Source: an uncultured Candidatus Saccharibacteria bacterium
GTDB taxonomy: Bacteria > Patescibacteriota > Minisyncoccia > Phycocordibacterales > UBA2100
Assembly: GCA_964424265.1 (NCBI GenBank)
Contig: CAYRHX010000001.1
Location: 64,498-128,497 of the forward strand
Direction: 5' to 3'
Length of the DNA: 64,000 nt
Part shown: piece by piece, positions 1 to 9,745 of the stretch
How the letters are laid out: each line of letters starts with the position of its first letter
Numbering within the stretch: position 1 is the stretch's first letter
Made by a program: the position numbers and the translations under genes
Notes under the pieces: generated by a model
Database searches by the model: none
What the model saw: only the letters and a program-made list of their open reading frames with translations
What the model was told of the DNA's origin: nothing

Positions 1-1010
1 CTGGCCACCCGGACAAAGTGTGCGACCAAATATCAGATGCGATCCTTGACGCGTGCCTTGCGCAAGATCCCACGAGCCGCGTCGCAGTCGAATCATTCGG
101 TAGCCATGGCACACTCATGCTCGGCGGCGAGGTGAAGACGAGCGCGAAAGTAAATTTTGAAAAAATCGCACGAAGCGTGTACAAAGAGATCGGCTACACC
201 GACACCCTCAAAGTGCTCAATACAATCGCCAAACAGTCCCCCGACATCGCGATGGGCGTCGACACCGGCGGCGCAGGAGATCAAGGCATTATGTACGGCT
301 ACGCGACCGACGAGACGAAAGAAATGCTTCCCCTCGGTGTGGTTCTTTCCCACGCGCTCGCCCGTCGCCTCGAAAAGCTACGCCGCGACGGCACGCTCAA
401 GTGGCTCAAGCCCGACGGCAAGACGCAAGTGACGATTGCAAATGGAAAGGTGATCACCGCTCTTTGCTCCACGCAACACGACAAGAAGGTCTCACAAGAA
501 GAAATTCGTGCCGCGCTCGTCAAACATCTGTTCAAACCAATTTTAGGAAACTTGGACAAGATCGAAATTCTGGTAAATCCAACCGGGCAATTCATCCTCG
601 GCGGATTTACAGCCGACGCTGGACTCACGGGACGCAAGATCATGGTAGATACCTACGGCGGTGTGATGCCACACGGAGGCGGCGCATTCTCAGGCAAAGA
701 TTCGACCAAGGTGGATCGCTCCGCGGCCTACATGTGTCGATTCGTAGCAAAAAACCTCGTAGCCAATGGCTACGCGAAAAAGGCCCTCGTCTCGGTGGCC
801 TACGCCATCGGCCGTATCGAACCCGTTATGATCGAGGCATTCGATGATCATGGCAAAAATCTCACCAAGGTCGTTACCGACAACTTCGACTTCCGTCCCC
901 GCGCAATCATTGATCGTCTCAAACTTCGCGAACCAATCTTCCAGGCTACAGCCGCCTACGGCCATTTCGGTGTCGCCGGCCGCTCGTGGGAGAAGATCGT
1001 GAAAATATAA
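1..1010 (+). CDS. metK: S-adenosylmethionine synthetase, 5' end cut by the window edge
   Basis: Translation from nt 3 reads GHPDKVCDQISDAILDA, the MetK N-terminal signature. GAGDQG and the conserved C-terminal region are present. The ORF-track start at 18 is internal. Confidence 0.9.
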   Translation, partial: GHPDKVCDQISDAILDACLAQDPTSRVAVESFGSHGTLMLGGEVKTSAKVNFEKIARSVYKEIGYTDTLKVLNTIAKQSPDIAMGVDTGGAGDQGIMYGYATDETKEMLPLGVVLSHALARRLEKLRRDGTLKWLKPDGKTQVTIANGKVITALCSTQHDKKVSQEEIRAALVKHLFKPILGNLDKIEILVNPTGQFILGGFTADAGLTGRKIMVDTYGGVMPHGGGAFSGKDSTKVDRSAAYMCRFVAKNLVANGYAKKALVSVAYAIGRIEPVMIEAFDDHGKNLTKVVTDNFDFRPRAIIDRLKLREPIFQATAAYGHFGVAGRSWEKIVKI

Positions 1011-1042
1011 AACGGCATCGCGTGAAAACGCCCAAAAGAAAC

Positions 1043-1062
1043 GGGCCGAACGAATTCGGCCC
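1043..1062. terminator. Bidirectional intrinsic-terminator-like hairpin between convergent genes
   Basis: Perfect hairpin GGGCCGAA-cgaa-TTCGGCCC lies between the metK 3' end and the convergent minus-strand gene. It is flanked by A-rich sequence on the plus side and T-rich sequence on the minus side. Confidence 0.5.
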
Positions 1063-1107
1063 GCTGCGCTCCCGATCAATCAAACCAGGCGCAGATCTAC
1101 TGCGACG

Positions 1108-1695
1108 CTACTTCCGCCGCACTTCGAGGATCGTGACGCTCGCCACCCACTTCCCGTCTGCCGTCAGACAGAAGTAGGTGGTGATGACATCGCCCTTCTC
1201 GATATCATCGGTCTGCGTACCGCAGACCTGCGTGAGGGCCAGTCCTTCCCCCCTCGCCTCCTCAATCTTTATTTTCGTTTTGGTTAGCCGGACACTCTTA
1301 TCCGGCCAAGACCAAAAAGTTTCGTAAGAATATTCCTTCCCGATATAGATCGGGAAGAAATCCCGCTGCCGATACGTCGTGGAGAAGGTCTGAACAAGTA
1401 CCCCCTCCTCCTCGTACGCCCCCATAAGGGTCGCCGGGTTCATCAGAGACTCCCTGACGACCCGTCCTCCTTGGAGAAGCTGCGCGTGAAGCCATAACTC
1501 TCCGCGGAGAGCGAAGATGTCCTGCGTCAGCTCGAAACGATCGCTCCCCACTTCGAGCACCCCCTCGAACGACTCCCCCACCTCATACGACGGCGGGTGG
1601 GAGATGAGCACTGCGCCGAGTTGGGCGTGTGCGGTCGTCGGCGACACGCCGACCGTGGCCAACATGGCCACGAGAACCCAAAGAACGATGCGCAT
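1108..1695 (-). CDS. Hypothetical secreted protein
   Basis: 195-aa ORF with a hydrophobic N-terminal signal-like segment (VLWVLVAMLATVGVSPTTAHA). No recognisable catalytic motif. Confidence 0.5.
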   Translation of the reverse strand: MRIVLWVLVAMLATVGVSPTTAHAQLGAVLISHPPSYEVGESFEGVLEVGSDRFELTQDIFALRGELWLHAQLLQGGRVVRESLMNPATLMGAYEEEGVLVQTFSTTYRQRDFFPIYIGKEYSYETFWSWPDKSVRLTKTKIKIEEARGEGLALTQVCGTQTDDIEKGDVITTYFCLTADGKWVASVTILEVRRK

Positions 1696-1787
1696 TTTTG
1701 CCTCCCTGCGCTAAGACCCCCGTGATTGGGGTATTCAGCCGTGGATCATGTCACGTGTTCAGGCGTCTGTCAATCTTCTAGCGTTGA

Positions 1788-3614
1788 CTACTCCACCGTC
1801 ACTGACTTCGCGAGATTTCTTGGGCGGTCGACGTTGAGGCCTTTTTCCTTTGCCACATAGTAAGCGAATAGTTGGAGCGGAACGACGTTGAGAATTGGTG
1901 AGAGCATCTCGATGGTCTGCGGCACGTAGATGACATCATCGGCGAGCTTTGCGATCTCCGTGTCCCCTTCCGTAGCTACCGCAATCACCGGCCCTTTGCG
2001 CGCCTTAATCTCGTGAATATTTGAGATCATCTTTTCGTACATACTGTCGTGGGTCGCGAGAGCCATTGTGGGAAATTTTTCGTCGATCATCGCAATCGGC
2101 CCGTGCTTCATTTCACCGGCACCACACCCTTCAGCATGAATGTATGAAATTTCCTTGAGCTTGATAGCTCCTTCGTAAGCGATCGGAAAATTATACTTGC
2201 GACCGATGTAGAGAAAATCGTGGACGTGCGCATACTTCTTTGCGAGAGATTGAATTGAGTCTTTACCGTCGAGAATCTTCTGCACCTTTTCGGGAAGCTC
2301 TCTGAGTGCCTTTGCGATTTCCTTCCCCGTTGCTTCCGACATTCCACGTTGTCTCCCCAAAAATATCGTGAAGAGCGCGAGGGCGGTCATCTGCGAAAGC
2401 ATCGCCTTGGTCGAAGCCACGCTGATCTCAGGGCCCGCGTGATTATAGACACCCGCGTCTGTCTCACGTGCGATGGTACTCCCCACGGTATTTACGATGC
2501 CGATCGTGAGCGCGCCGCGCCGCTTGCCCTCGCGAATCGCTTCGAGCGTGTCAAGCGTCTCACCTGATTGAGAAATACCAATCACCGCAGTCCTCTCGTT
2601 GATAACAGATTTTCGATAGCGGAATTCTGATCCGATCTCCACCTCGACAGGAATGCCTGCGTATTCTTCGAGCATGTATTCGCCTATGAGGCCTGCATAG
2701 TACGCCGTGCCGCATGCAACGATAATGATGCGCTCGATCTTTTCCAACTGCGGCGTAACAGTCTCAAGGCCTCCGAGCTTTGCGAGGCCTTTGTCCATAA
2801 TTAAGCGGCCACGCAATGTGTTGATGACGACTTCGGGTGCTTCCATAATTTCCTTGAGCATGAAGTGTTCGTAGCCACCCTTTTGTACCGCCTCGGCACT
2901 CCAATCAATGTCCGTCGCCTCGCGCTTTACCTTGGTCTCATCGAGTTTGAAGATGCGGTGGCCATCGGGCGATATCACCGCCACTTCGCCATCCTCAAGA
3001 AATACGACCTTACGAGTGTGGGGCAAGATCGGCGATGGATCGGATGCGATGAAATGCTCTCCGTCACCAAGCCCCAATACAATCGGTGAACCCATACGAG
3101 CGGCGATGATTCGATCGGGTTCTTTTTTGTATTGCAGAGCGATGCCGTAGGTCCCCCTCACCTCATTGAGCGCAAGCAGTGCTGCTTTCTCAAAATCTTT
3201 TGTGTGTTTCAAGTGTTCCTCGACGAGGTGCGCAAGCACTTCGGTATCGGTCTTTGATTTAAATTCGTGACCCGCGGCGATGAGTTTCTTTTTCAAATCT
3301 TTGAAATTTTCGATAATGCCGTTGTGCACCACCCATATCTCGCCCGTCGAGTCTGAGTGCGGATGCGCATTCGCCTCTGTCGGCTCACCGTGGGTCGCCC
3401 AGCGCAAGTGCGCGATGCCACTTTTGCCTTCAAAACCCTTGGGTATTTTTGCGCGCAACTCTGCAACTGCCCCTGGCGTCCTCACGCTTCCGCTCTCAGG
3501 AGTGTAGATACCTGCCGAGTCGTAACCGCGGTATTCGAGACTCAAAAGCCCATCAAGAAGCAGGTGGCTTGCCTCTTTTCCTTTATTCCCCGTATACGCA
3601 AAAATCCCACACAT
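1788..3614 (-). CDS. glmS: Glutamine--fructose-6-phosphate aminotransferase
   Basis: Starts MCGIFAY, with the Ntn-hydrolase Cys2. Two SIS domains follow and the protein ends ...VDRPRNLAKSVTVE. Length 608 aa. Confidence 0.95.
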   Translation of the reverse strand: MCGIFAYTGNKGKEASHLLLDGLLSLEYRGYDSAGIYTPESGSVRTPGAVAELRAKIPKGFEGKSGIAHLRWATHGEPTEANAHPHSDSTGEIWVVHNGIIENFKDLKKKLIAAGHEFKSKTDTEVLAHLVEEHLKHTKDFEKAALLALNEVRGTYGIALQYKKEPDRIIAARMGSPIVLGLGDGEHFIASDPSPILPHTRKVVFLEDGEVAVISPDGHRIFKLDETKVKREATDIDWSAEAVQKGGYEHFMLKEIMEAPEVVINTLRGRLIMDKGLAKLGGLETVTPQLEKIERIIIVACGTAYYAGLIGEYMLEEYAGIPVEVEIGSEFRYRKSVINERTAVIGISQSGETLDTLEAIREGKRRGALTIGIVNTVGSTIARETDAGVYNHAGPEISVASTKAMLSQMTALALFTIFLGRQRGMSEATGKEIAKALRELPEKVQKILDGKDSIQSLAKKYAHVHDFLYIGRKYNFPIAYEGAIKLKEISYIHAEGCGAGEMKHGPIAMIDEKFPTMALATHDSMYEKMISNIHEIKARKGPVIAVATEGDTEIAKLADDVIYVPQTIEMLSPILNVVPLQLFAYYVAKEKGLNVDRPRNLAKSVTVE

Positions 3615-3648
3615 AACAGAATCAATCTACCACGTTTGCGGCGAATGA

Positions 3649-4647
3649 TTAACCAAACACGATATCTGCAATTTCAGCGCGGAGTGCATTGATCGCGGAA
3701 TTGATCGAGGTAGCGTCTGGAGGTCGTTGGGGATATGTGCGATTTGAGAGTACGACCAACGCGATACCACGGTCAACATCACAGACGACCGAAGTGCCAG
3801 TGAAGCCAGTCTTTCCAAAGGCACTTGGACCCACTCGATGACCCATAAACCACGGGGCCGACGTTTGCCAGCCGAGACCTTTCTGCGCACCCGCAACGAC
3901 ATGAGGATACTTTCCCTGCAACAATGCCTCAAGAAAATTAAGAAGGTCGGGAGTGGTGGAAAATAACCCCGCGTGCCCCACCGCTCTTCGCGCACGCGCG
4001 AAGACGCGCGCGCTTTCATCGTGCACAATCCCGCGAATCTCTTCTCCATTTTCTCCAATTTCCGTCGGTGCAATATTAGTGGTTTCGTAAACCCCTATAT
4101 TTGAAAAGAGGGTTGTGTGCATTTTGAGCGGACCGAAAAGTTTACCTGCGGCACACGCGCCGAGCGATTCCCCTGTCATCCGCTCAATGACAATGCCTAA
4201 CAAAAATGCCGGCAAATTCGTGTACTGAGATTTACTCGGCGACGCGTTAAATCCGTGAGAGAAAATAAAATCGAATATTTCATCTGGTGTTTTGTTTCGA
4301 AGATTCGACATTTGCGGCCCTTTCACACGATACGTGAGCAGATCCTCAATCGTCGCCCCATAATCGTTGTGTAATTCGGGAATGTATTTTTTTACAGTAT
4401 CAGAAAGATCGAGCTTGCCCTCTCCGACCAAACTGAGTGTGAGTGATGCGACAGGAACTGACTTCGTTATAGATGCAAGATCATAGATCGTGTCCGTTGT
4501 AACGATGGGCGATTCAGTATCGTATGTAAGGCGTCCGAACGGCACCACATTACGATCACCGTTTGCACGCACCACGCCAATCACGCAACCCGGAAACGCT
4601 CGCCTTTCTATCGCCCCCACAACCGCGGATTGGATTCTCTCAGGCAT
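3649..4647 (-). CDS. Serine hydrolase, class C beta-lactamase / PBP-like
   Basis: S-x-x-K motif DLASITKS and an overall beta-lactamase-fold pattern. Start is placed at the internal ATG (MPERIQSAVVG...) so the gene overlaps pyrD by only 8 nt instead of 200 nt. Confidence 0.75.
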   Translation of the reverse strand: MPERIQSAVVGAIERRAFPGCVIGVVRANGDRNVVPFGRLTYDTESPIVTTDTIYDLASITKSVPVASLTLSLVGEGKLDLSDTVKKYIPELHNDYGATIEDLLTYRVKGPQMSNLRNKTPDEIFDFIFSHGFNASPSKSQYTNLPAFLLGIVIERMTGESLGACAAGKLFGPLKMHTTLFSNIGVYETTNIAPTEIGENGEEIRGIVHDESARVFARARRAVGHAGLFSTTPDLLNFLEALLQGKYPHVVAGAQKGLGWQTSAPWFMGHRVGPSAFGKTGFTGTSVVCDVDRGIALVVLSNRTYPQRPPDATSINSAINALRAEIADIVFG

Positions 4648-5686
4648 TCTTTTGTGCACGTTCGCGAATGGCTCTATTGATGCGGTACGGTAGTAGCGGG
4701 CCTTCAAACACGAGCCCCGTGTAAAGCTGAACGAGAGAGGCGCCCGCATCAAACATTCGAAGCGCGTCGTCGGGTGTGAATATTCCACCAACACCCACGA
4801 TCGGCAGACGAGGTAGGGCTTTGTGCGCATACTGCACCAATTCCAATGCACGCGCTTGGAGTGGCTGGCCGCTCAGACCGCCCGCTTCCGTACGATACGA
4901 CGAACGAAGGCCCGCGGGCCGCGCGATCGTCGTATTGCTGATGATAAGACCCTGTACACGGGATTCAGAAATCGCAAGAACATCGTCTAATTCTTCGGTC
5001 GTCAGATCAGGTGAAATTTTCAACAAGACAGGCTTCGGAGCATGTGCGCCCGCGCATGCTCCAATCTCTTGCTTCACACGATCCAAAAGTGCCTCCAATC
5101 GATCTTTATCCTGCAATCGCCGCAGGTCTTTGGTATTGGGAGAACTCGTATTGATCGTGAGGTAATCGGCGTATTGATAGAGCACTGCGATACCCTTTGC
5201 GTAATCCTCTGCGGCATCTTCGAGTGGGGTATCTTTGCCCTTGCCGACGTTTATACCAATCGGAATCCTGAGGGATCGATATGCAGACAACCGCTTTGCC
5301 ATCGCCTCTACTCCATAATTATTAAAACCCATTCGATTAATCACCGCCTGATCCTCCGTAAGACGAAACAGGCGAGGTCGCGGATTACCGGGCTGAGGCA
5401 GTGGTGTCACTGTCCCCACTTCTGCAAAGCCAAACCCAAAAGCCTCAAAACCGTAGAGGGAGCGCGCATGCTTGTCGAAGCCGGCTGCCACCCCAACAGG
5501 ATTCGGAAACGTGATCCCAAATACGGTCTTTTCGTTATTAACGAACCTAAAATTCCGAAGTATCTGGCGCAGGGGGGAAACTCCGCACATTCTCAATGCC
5601 AAAAGCGCATGATGGTGCGCACGCTCCCCATCAAAACCAGACGCGACATCTATCATAGGTCGCACCAATTTGGAGTACCATTCCAT
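4640..5686 (-). CDS. pyrD: Dihydroorotate dehydrogenase (quinone), class 2
   Basis: GFDKHARS, NVGKGKDTP and NTSSPNT motifs with the class-2 N-terminal extension (FDGERAHHH). Length 348 aa. Confidence 0.85.
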   Translation of the reverse strand: MEWYSKLVRPMIDVASGFDGERAHHHALLALRMCGVSPLRQILRNFRFVNNEKTVFGITFPNPVGVAAGFDKHARSLYGFEAFGFGFAEVGTVTPLPQPGNPRPRLFRLTEDQAVINRMGFNNYGVEAMAKRLSAYRSLRIPIGINVGKGKDTPLEDAAEDYAKGIAVLYQYADYLTINTSSPNTKDLRRLQDKDRLEALLDRVKQEIGACAGAHAPKPVLLKISPDLTTEELDDVLAISESRVQGLIISNTTIARPAGLRSSYRTEAGGLSGQPLQARALELVQYAHKALPRLPIVGVGGIFTPDDALRMFDAGASLVQLYTGLVFEGPLLPYRINRAIRERAQKNA

Positions 5687-5698
5687 ACACGTATCCTA

Positions 5699-6286
5699 TC
5701 ACTTTCCCGCGCCTGGAAGTTTCTTCCACTTATTGGCATCCATGTGCCACTGCGCCACGTTGGTCTTTTGCAGTTGGTCCCATAGCGCTTTCGCCGTCTT
5801 TGTGTAGAGTTTTTCGTCCCGGACGAATTTTCTCATTTTCGACCACTTAGCGGGGAGCTTGTGCCCCTGCTCTTCATATTCTTTCAGCTCGACATCGATG
5901 TCCAGATTGTCTGCATCTTTCACAATCTTGGCTTCGATTGAATCACGCTTTTCGTATTGCTCAAGCACGCGTTCGAGATCAGAAAACGCCGTTCCTTCAA
6001 ACAGATCGTGCGCGGCACGCAACTCGTCGGTCTTTGAATACACACGATGTACATACGCGAGATCCGCGGTGCGAGTCTCCGCAAGATCATGGACGAGTGC
6101 CATTTTCATAATGAGATTTTCATCGCCCTTTTTCTCGCGGCGTGCGATGAGAAGCGCGAGAAAGATAACGCGCATCGTGTGCTCGAGGTTACTTGCCACG
6201 GGAACTCCTAGGTGTTGTATCCACGCCCGAGGAATGTTGCGCATGGAGCCGATCTCAAAAAGGAATTCGAGATCTCGGCTTTTCAT
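5699..6286 (-). CDS. HD-domain phosphohydrolase (YfbR-like 5'-nucleotidase family)
   Basis: Metal-binding H...HD...D pattern (RVIFLALLIARREK ... LVHDLAETRTAD ... DADNLD). Length 195 aa. Confidence 0.7.
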   Translation of the reverse strand: MKSRDLEFLFEIGSMRNIPRAWIQHLGVPVASNLEHTMRVIFLALLIARREKKGDENLIMKMALVHDLAETRTADLAYVHRVYSKTDELRAAHDLFEGTAFSDLERVLEQYEKRDSIEAKIVKDADNLDIDVELKEYEEQGHKLPAKWSKMRKFVRDEKLYTKTAKALWDQLQKTNVAQWHMDANKWKKLPGAGK

Positions 6287-6312
6287 GCGGGCAGTATACC
6301 CACAAACTACCC

Positions 6313-6969
6313 CTACCGCACGGAACGTCTGCTTTCTCGTGTAACAAGAATCCCTACGAGCGTCCCTATAACGGCGCCCGCGAGTACATCAGACAGCCAA
6401 TGAAATCCTATTGCCGCCCCCACTCCGATGAAGACCGCATAGAGAACCGCACCGTAGCGAACCATTTTGTTGTGGCCGAACAAGATAATTAACGATGCAG
6501 CGAACGCGCACGCGACAGCGGTGTGTGAAGATGGCCACCCCCAAAAGATACCGTTCTCCCAAAAACCGAAATTAAAGTCATGACTGGTATCTAATCCAGC
6601 TACTGGAGCAAGAAACTCCGGCCCTATTCTACCCGTAAGTGCCTTATAGAACGATGAAACGATCCACGCCACGATGGCCGACTGTATGGACACAACACCG
6701 GCCTCTATAAGTGAGGCCTTTTTTCTCAGTTCGCCAGCAACGAACATCCCGATAGGAACAAGTACAGGAATGAAAAACCCCCCGATGCCTGATACCGTTA
6801 TTAATACATGGAAAGCGGGACTGCGAGTTGTTTCATAAAAGCTCCAATCCAAGCCAGAGACAACGAACACGTACGTAAGTGCCGCAGCACTAAAATGGTA
6901 TAAGATATTCTTCCCTCTGAAAACAGTGACGAGATGCCGCGGTACTTTCTTCAAAAATGCTCCAAACAT
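6313..6969 (-). CDS. PAP2-family membrane phosphatase
   Basis: Multi-TM protein with the PAP2 signature WPSSHTAVACAFAASL (PSGH-like) and a downstream SDVLAG. Confidence 0.7.
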   Translation of the reverse strand: MFGAFLKKVPRHLVTVFRGKNILYHFSAAALTYVFVVSGLDWSFYETTRSPAFHVLITVSGIGGFFIPVLVPIGMFVAGELRKKASLIEAGVVSIQSAIVAWIVSSFYKALTGRIGPEFLAPVAGLDTSHDFNFGFWENGIFWGWPSSHTAVACAFAASLIILFGHNKMVRYGAVLYAVFIGVGAAIGFHWLSDVLAGAVIGTLVGILVTRESRRSVR

Positions 6970-6987
6970 GAGCGATGCGCCTCGGCT

Positions 6988-7156
6988 ATTTCATACGCAC
7001 ACCCTTGAATGCCCGGCCCTTTTTCGCCATCTGGTCCATAAACTTGCCAGTCCCCGCATTCACTTTTGTCCAGCGTTTATTCCGCGGACTCAAGACTTGC
7101 GAGCGCTTACTGACCTCGCCCTTCCTACCATGTCCCTTTTGTGCGTTCTTTGCCAT
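6988..7156 (-). CDS. Possible small basic protein of 56 aa, absent from the ORF track
   Basis: Minus-strand ATG at 7156 gives MAKNAQKGHGRKGEVSKRSQVLSPRNKRWTKVNAGTGKFMDQMAKKGRAFKGVRMK in an otherwise empty intergenic gap. GAGGA lies just upstream of the ATG. No confident family. Confidence 0.25.
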
Positions 7157-7193
7157 GTCCTCATTCTATACTGACAAACAATCGCCAAGCCAG

Positions 7194-7790
7194 TTATCCA
7201 CTCTGCCACGATGCGATAGTTTCAAAAGGATACGCGAGATTAATGACGTTGAGAATAAGGTTGTCGCGTATTGCATACAATACAAAAAGCTCGAAAAATA
7301 TGCCGAGAGCGATTGTTGTCCATACTGGCCACCTCCACGCCATCATAAATCCAAGCATCATCGATATGGTATCGAAAACGGAATTAATAACGCTGTCGCC
7401 TGTATAACCTTGTGCCAGCGCCTGTTCGCGATAGTGCTGAATAACCATTGGGGTATTTTCTGCAATTTCCCACGCCACTTCTATCCCAATGGCCAAGAGA
7501 AGCCTGCGAGATACTGGCATCCGTGGAAAGAAAAACCACAGACCCAGATAAAAAACGAATCCATGAAGGATGTGGGAAAAGGTGTACCAATCCGTAAGGT
7601 GTTGAGAGTTGCCAGGACTCAAGACAACACCTTCCCATGCCTTTACATACCCACATTCGCATAGAGCAGGTTGACCGAACCAGAAGAGCGTAACGGCCTG
7701 TATGCCTATGAGGATCAATATTATGACGACAGATGAACGAATTATCATTATCTTCCAGTGTATCCTATACACACACGCCGCTTTCTCCAC
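7194..7790 (-). CDS. Hypothetical integral membrane protein
   Basis: 198 aa with 4-5 predicted TM helices. The overlapping plus-strand ORF 6975-7664 is low complexity and is judged spurious. Confidence 0.5.
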   Translation of the reverse strand: MEKAACVYRIHWKIMIIRSSVVIILILIGIQAVTLFWFGQPALCECGYVKAWEGVVLSPGNSQHLTDWYTFSHILHGFVFYLGLWFFFPRMPVSRRLLLAIGIEVAWEIAENTPMVIQHYREQALAQGYTGDSVINSVFDTISMMLGFMMAWRWPVWTTIALGIFFELFVLYAIRDNLILNVINLAYPFETIASWQSG

Positions 7791-7838
7791 ATATGGGGAG
7801 AGTTATACTCAAAGAGTTACTATTAGTACATTACTCGT

Positions 7839-8171
7839 ATGGACGAACAAACGCCGATAAGCCAGGGCAAGCCAGAGCAGAAGACGCTGATGGGGATCTT
7901 GGCATATGTTGGCATTCTCATTATCATCCCGTTCTTGATGGCAAAAGATGATCCTTTTGTAAAATTCCACATTAAGCAGGGTATGGTGCTGGTTATCGTT
8001 GAAATCGCAGTATGGGTTGTCGGAAGTATGATGTGGTCACTCTGGGGTATTCTTAGTCTGGTCAATATAGCGACTCTTGTTCTTTCCATCATAGGCATCG
8101 TCAATGTGGTTCAGGGCCAGCAAAAAGAGCTCCCCCTCGTGGGCGGATTTGCAAAGAATTTCACGTTTTAA
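7839..8171 (+). CDS. DUF4870-like small membrane protein
   Basis: Conserved PFVKFHIKQG motif followed by two TM helices, typical of DUF4870. Confidence 0.65.
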   Translation: MDEQTPISQGKPEQKTLMGILAYVGILIIIPFLMAKDDPFVKFHIKQGMVLVIVEIAVWVVGSMMWSLWGILSLVNIATLVLSIIGIVNVVQGQQKELPLVGGFAKNFTF

Positions 8172-8743
8172 CCGTACACAACAACGACTCGGCGCAGCTC
8201 TCTACGGATCGTTTTGTGTTCGGGGATTGTCTGCGCCACAAGGTTCCAAAATCTCTTACTGTGGTTCATTTCGGAACGATGGCATAGCTCGTGGACAATA
8301 ATGTAATCTGCTATGCGCGGAGGCAAAACTGCAATTTTGTAATTAAAGCTAAGATTTCCGCTGTGTGTACAACTCCCCCATCGTGTCTTTTGCGCACGTA
8401 TTGAAATCTTTTTGAATGTTACACCATATACTTCGGCAAAATGACCGCAGCGCGCGCTCGCAAGAGCGAGCGCGCGCTGCTTCAGCAGGAATATGTCTGC
8501 GCGTCTTATAGGGATTACAGTGCGCTTTTTCGCTCGCTCAAGATTTCTCGATATCCAATCCGAGTGCTTAAGAATAAACCGCTCAATGATGCCAAGGCGA
8601 AAAGAGTGCGGCGCCGTAACCACAACGCGCGCATCAGGATGAACTGTGAGTCGTAGTGTTCGCGCCCGACGACTGCGTTTTAATTCATATTTCACAGGCC
8701 TATTGTAGTGTTCGGCGCCACCTCGACGAGAATGCCGTTTCAT
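8168..8743 (-). CDS. YgjP-like metal-dependent hydrolase (DUF45 / WLM-SprT-like HExxH)
   Basis: WGSCTHSGNLSFNYKI ... HELCH matches the COG1451/DUF45 pattern. Overlaps the upstream gene by 4 nt. Confidence 0.7.
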   Translation of the reverse strand: MKRHSRRGGAEHYNRPVKYELKRSRRARTLRLTVHPDARVVVTAPHSFRLGIIERFILKHSDWISRNLERAKKRTVIPIRRADIFLLKQRALALASARCGHFAEVYGVTFKKISIRAQKTRWGSCTHSGNLSFNYKIAVLPPRIADYIIVHELCHRSEMNHSKRFWNLVAQTIPEHKTIRRELRRVVVVYG

Positions 8744-9726
8744 CTAAAAAGACCTGAATTACACCTGTTATCGAGGGCTGCTAGATCGTCCGCCGTCAAT
8801 GCTAGAGCGTCCCCCTCGTTCATCATATACATAATAGCTTCACGATCGCGAACGTGACCGAGCCCGAGCGCGTGCCCCATTTCGTGGGCAAGTACGCGCA
8901 CCAGCACATTGCGGCTCGAGTATTCGTATATATCTATTTTTTGCTTTCCGGCAGCGCTTTCGTACACACCCTCCTCAAATTCGCCAAGCGATCCTCCTAC
9001 TTGGTTATATTGCTGTACATGCAAATTCAGTTCCACTATAAGCTGATTCAGTGTCGTCGCGAGGTCGTTGAGTATTTTTATGTCGTTATTCAATTGAAGC
9101 TGCTCTGCATTTACCATCTTGAGCAAGCTCTCGAGAGCTTGCTTTTCAAGTTGGAGCTGTTCAAAAACTTTCTTTGGAGCACCACCGCGGCGATTCCATG
9201 AAGACACTTCCTCATTGTATGCGGATTGGCGATTTTCATATGCGGTGATTTGCCTATCAAATACAAGCTTCTCTCTCTTCACCAAGACTGCGAGTGAATC
9301 GTATTTCTCCTTTAATGAATCGTAGAGCGCCCTTCGTTCGTCGATCTGTGCCTCTGTCGCCTCCAATGTGTCGGTGGTCGCCTGACGACGATCGTAGACG
9401 AAATTGATCGTCACGTCGCCACCCACAGGTTCATACGCAAAAAGATCTCTTCCAGACGGAGTTTCCCATATCCACTCTGCCTCCTTTAGATTTGAAATTA
9501 TTTCTTCAGTAGATATCTCAAACCGAGAATCGACGAGTCCAAGCGAATAAGTGACGGGTGATCGGCATGGCAAAGCTCGCGCCTCTAGCTGACGCACAGC
9601 AACACGCACAACCTCCTGATGCGAAAACCAATAATAGCCGGCAGCCCCCAAAAGAGCGACCAAGATAAGGATATCTGCGATGCGACGCATGACCCCAGTA
9701 TACAAAGCTTCTGAGGTAATTTGCAC
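8740..9726 (-). CDS. Membrane-anchored matrixin-like zinc metalloprotease with a coiled-coil region
   Basis: N-terminal TM segment, a long predicted coiled coil, and a C-terminal HEMGHALGLGH motif followed by the Met-turn AIMYM. Start may be the internal MRRIAD. Confidence 0.65.
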   Translation of the reverse strand: MQITSEALYTGVMRRIADILILVALLGAAGYYWFSHQEVVRVAVRQLEARALPCRSPVTYSLGLVDSRFEISTEEIISNLKEAEWIWETPSGRDLFAYEPVGGDVTINFVYDRRQATTDTLEATEAQIDERRALYDSLKEKYDSLAVLVKREKLVFDRQITAYENRQSAYNEEVSSWNRRGGAPKKVFEQLQLEKQALESLLKMVNAEQLQLNNDIKILNDLATTLNQLIVELNLHVQQYNQVGGSLGEFEEGVYESAAGKQKIDIYEYSSRNVLVRVLAHEMGHALGLGHVRDREAIMYMMNEGDALALTADDLAALDNRCNSGLFR

Positions 9727-9745
9727 TCACCGAAGATTGTACTGA

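Noticed and set aside
3615-3648. Possible glmS ribozyme upstream of glmS
   Set aside because: Only 34 nt separate glmS from the upstream gene, which is too short for the roughly 150-nt ribozyme. No conserved core was seen.
6975-7664. 229-aa plus-strand ORF overlapping the membrane-protein gene
   Set aside because: Low-complexity translation with no motifs. It is antisense to a well-formed multi-TM ORF, so it is treated as a shadow ORF.
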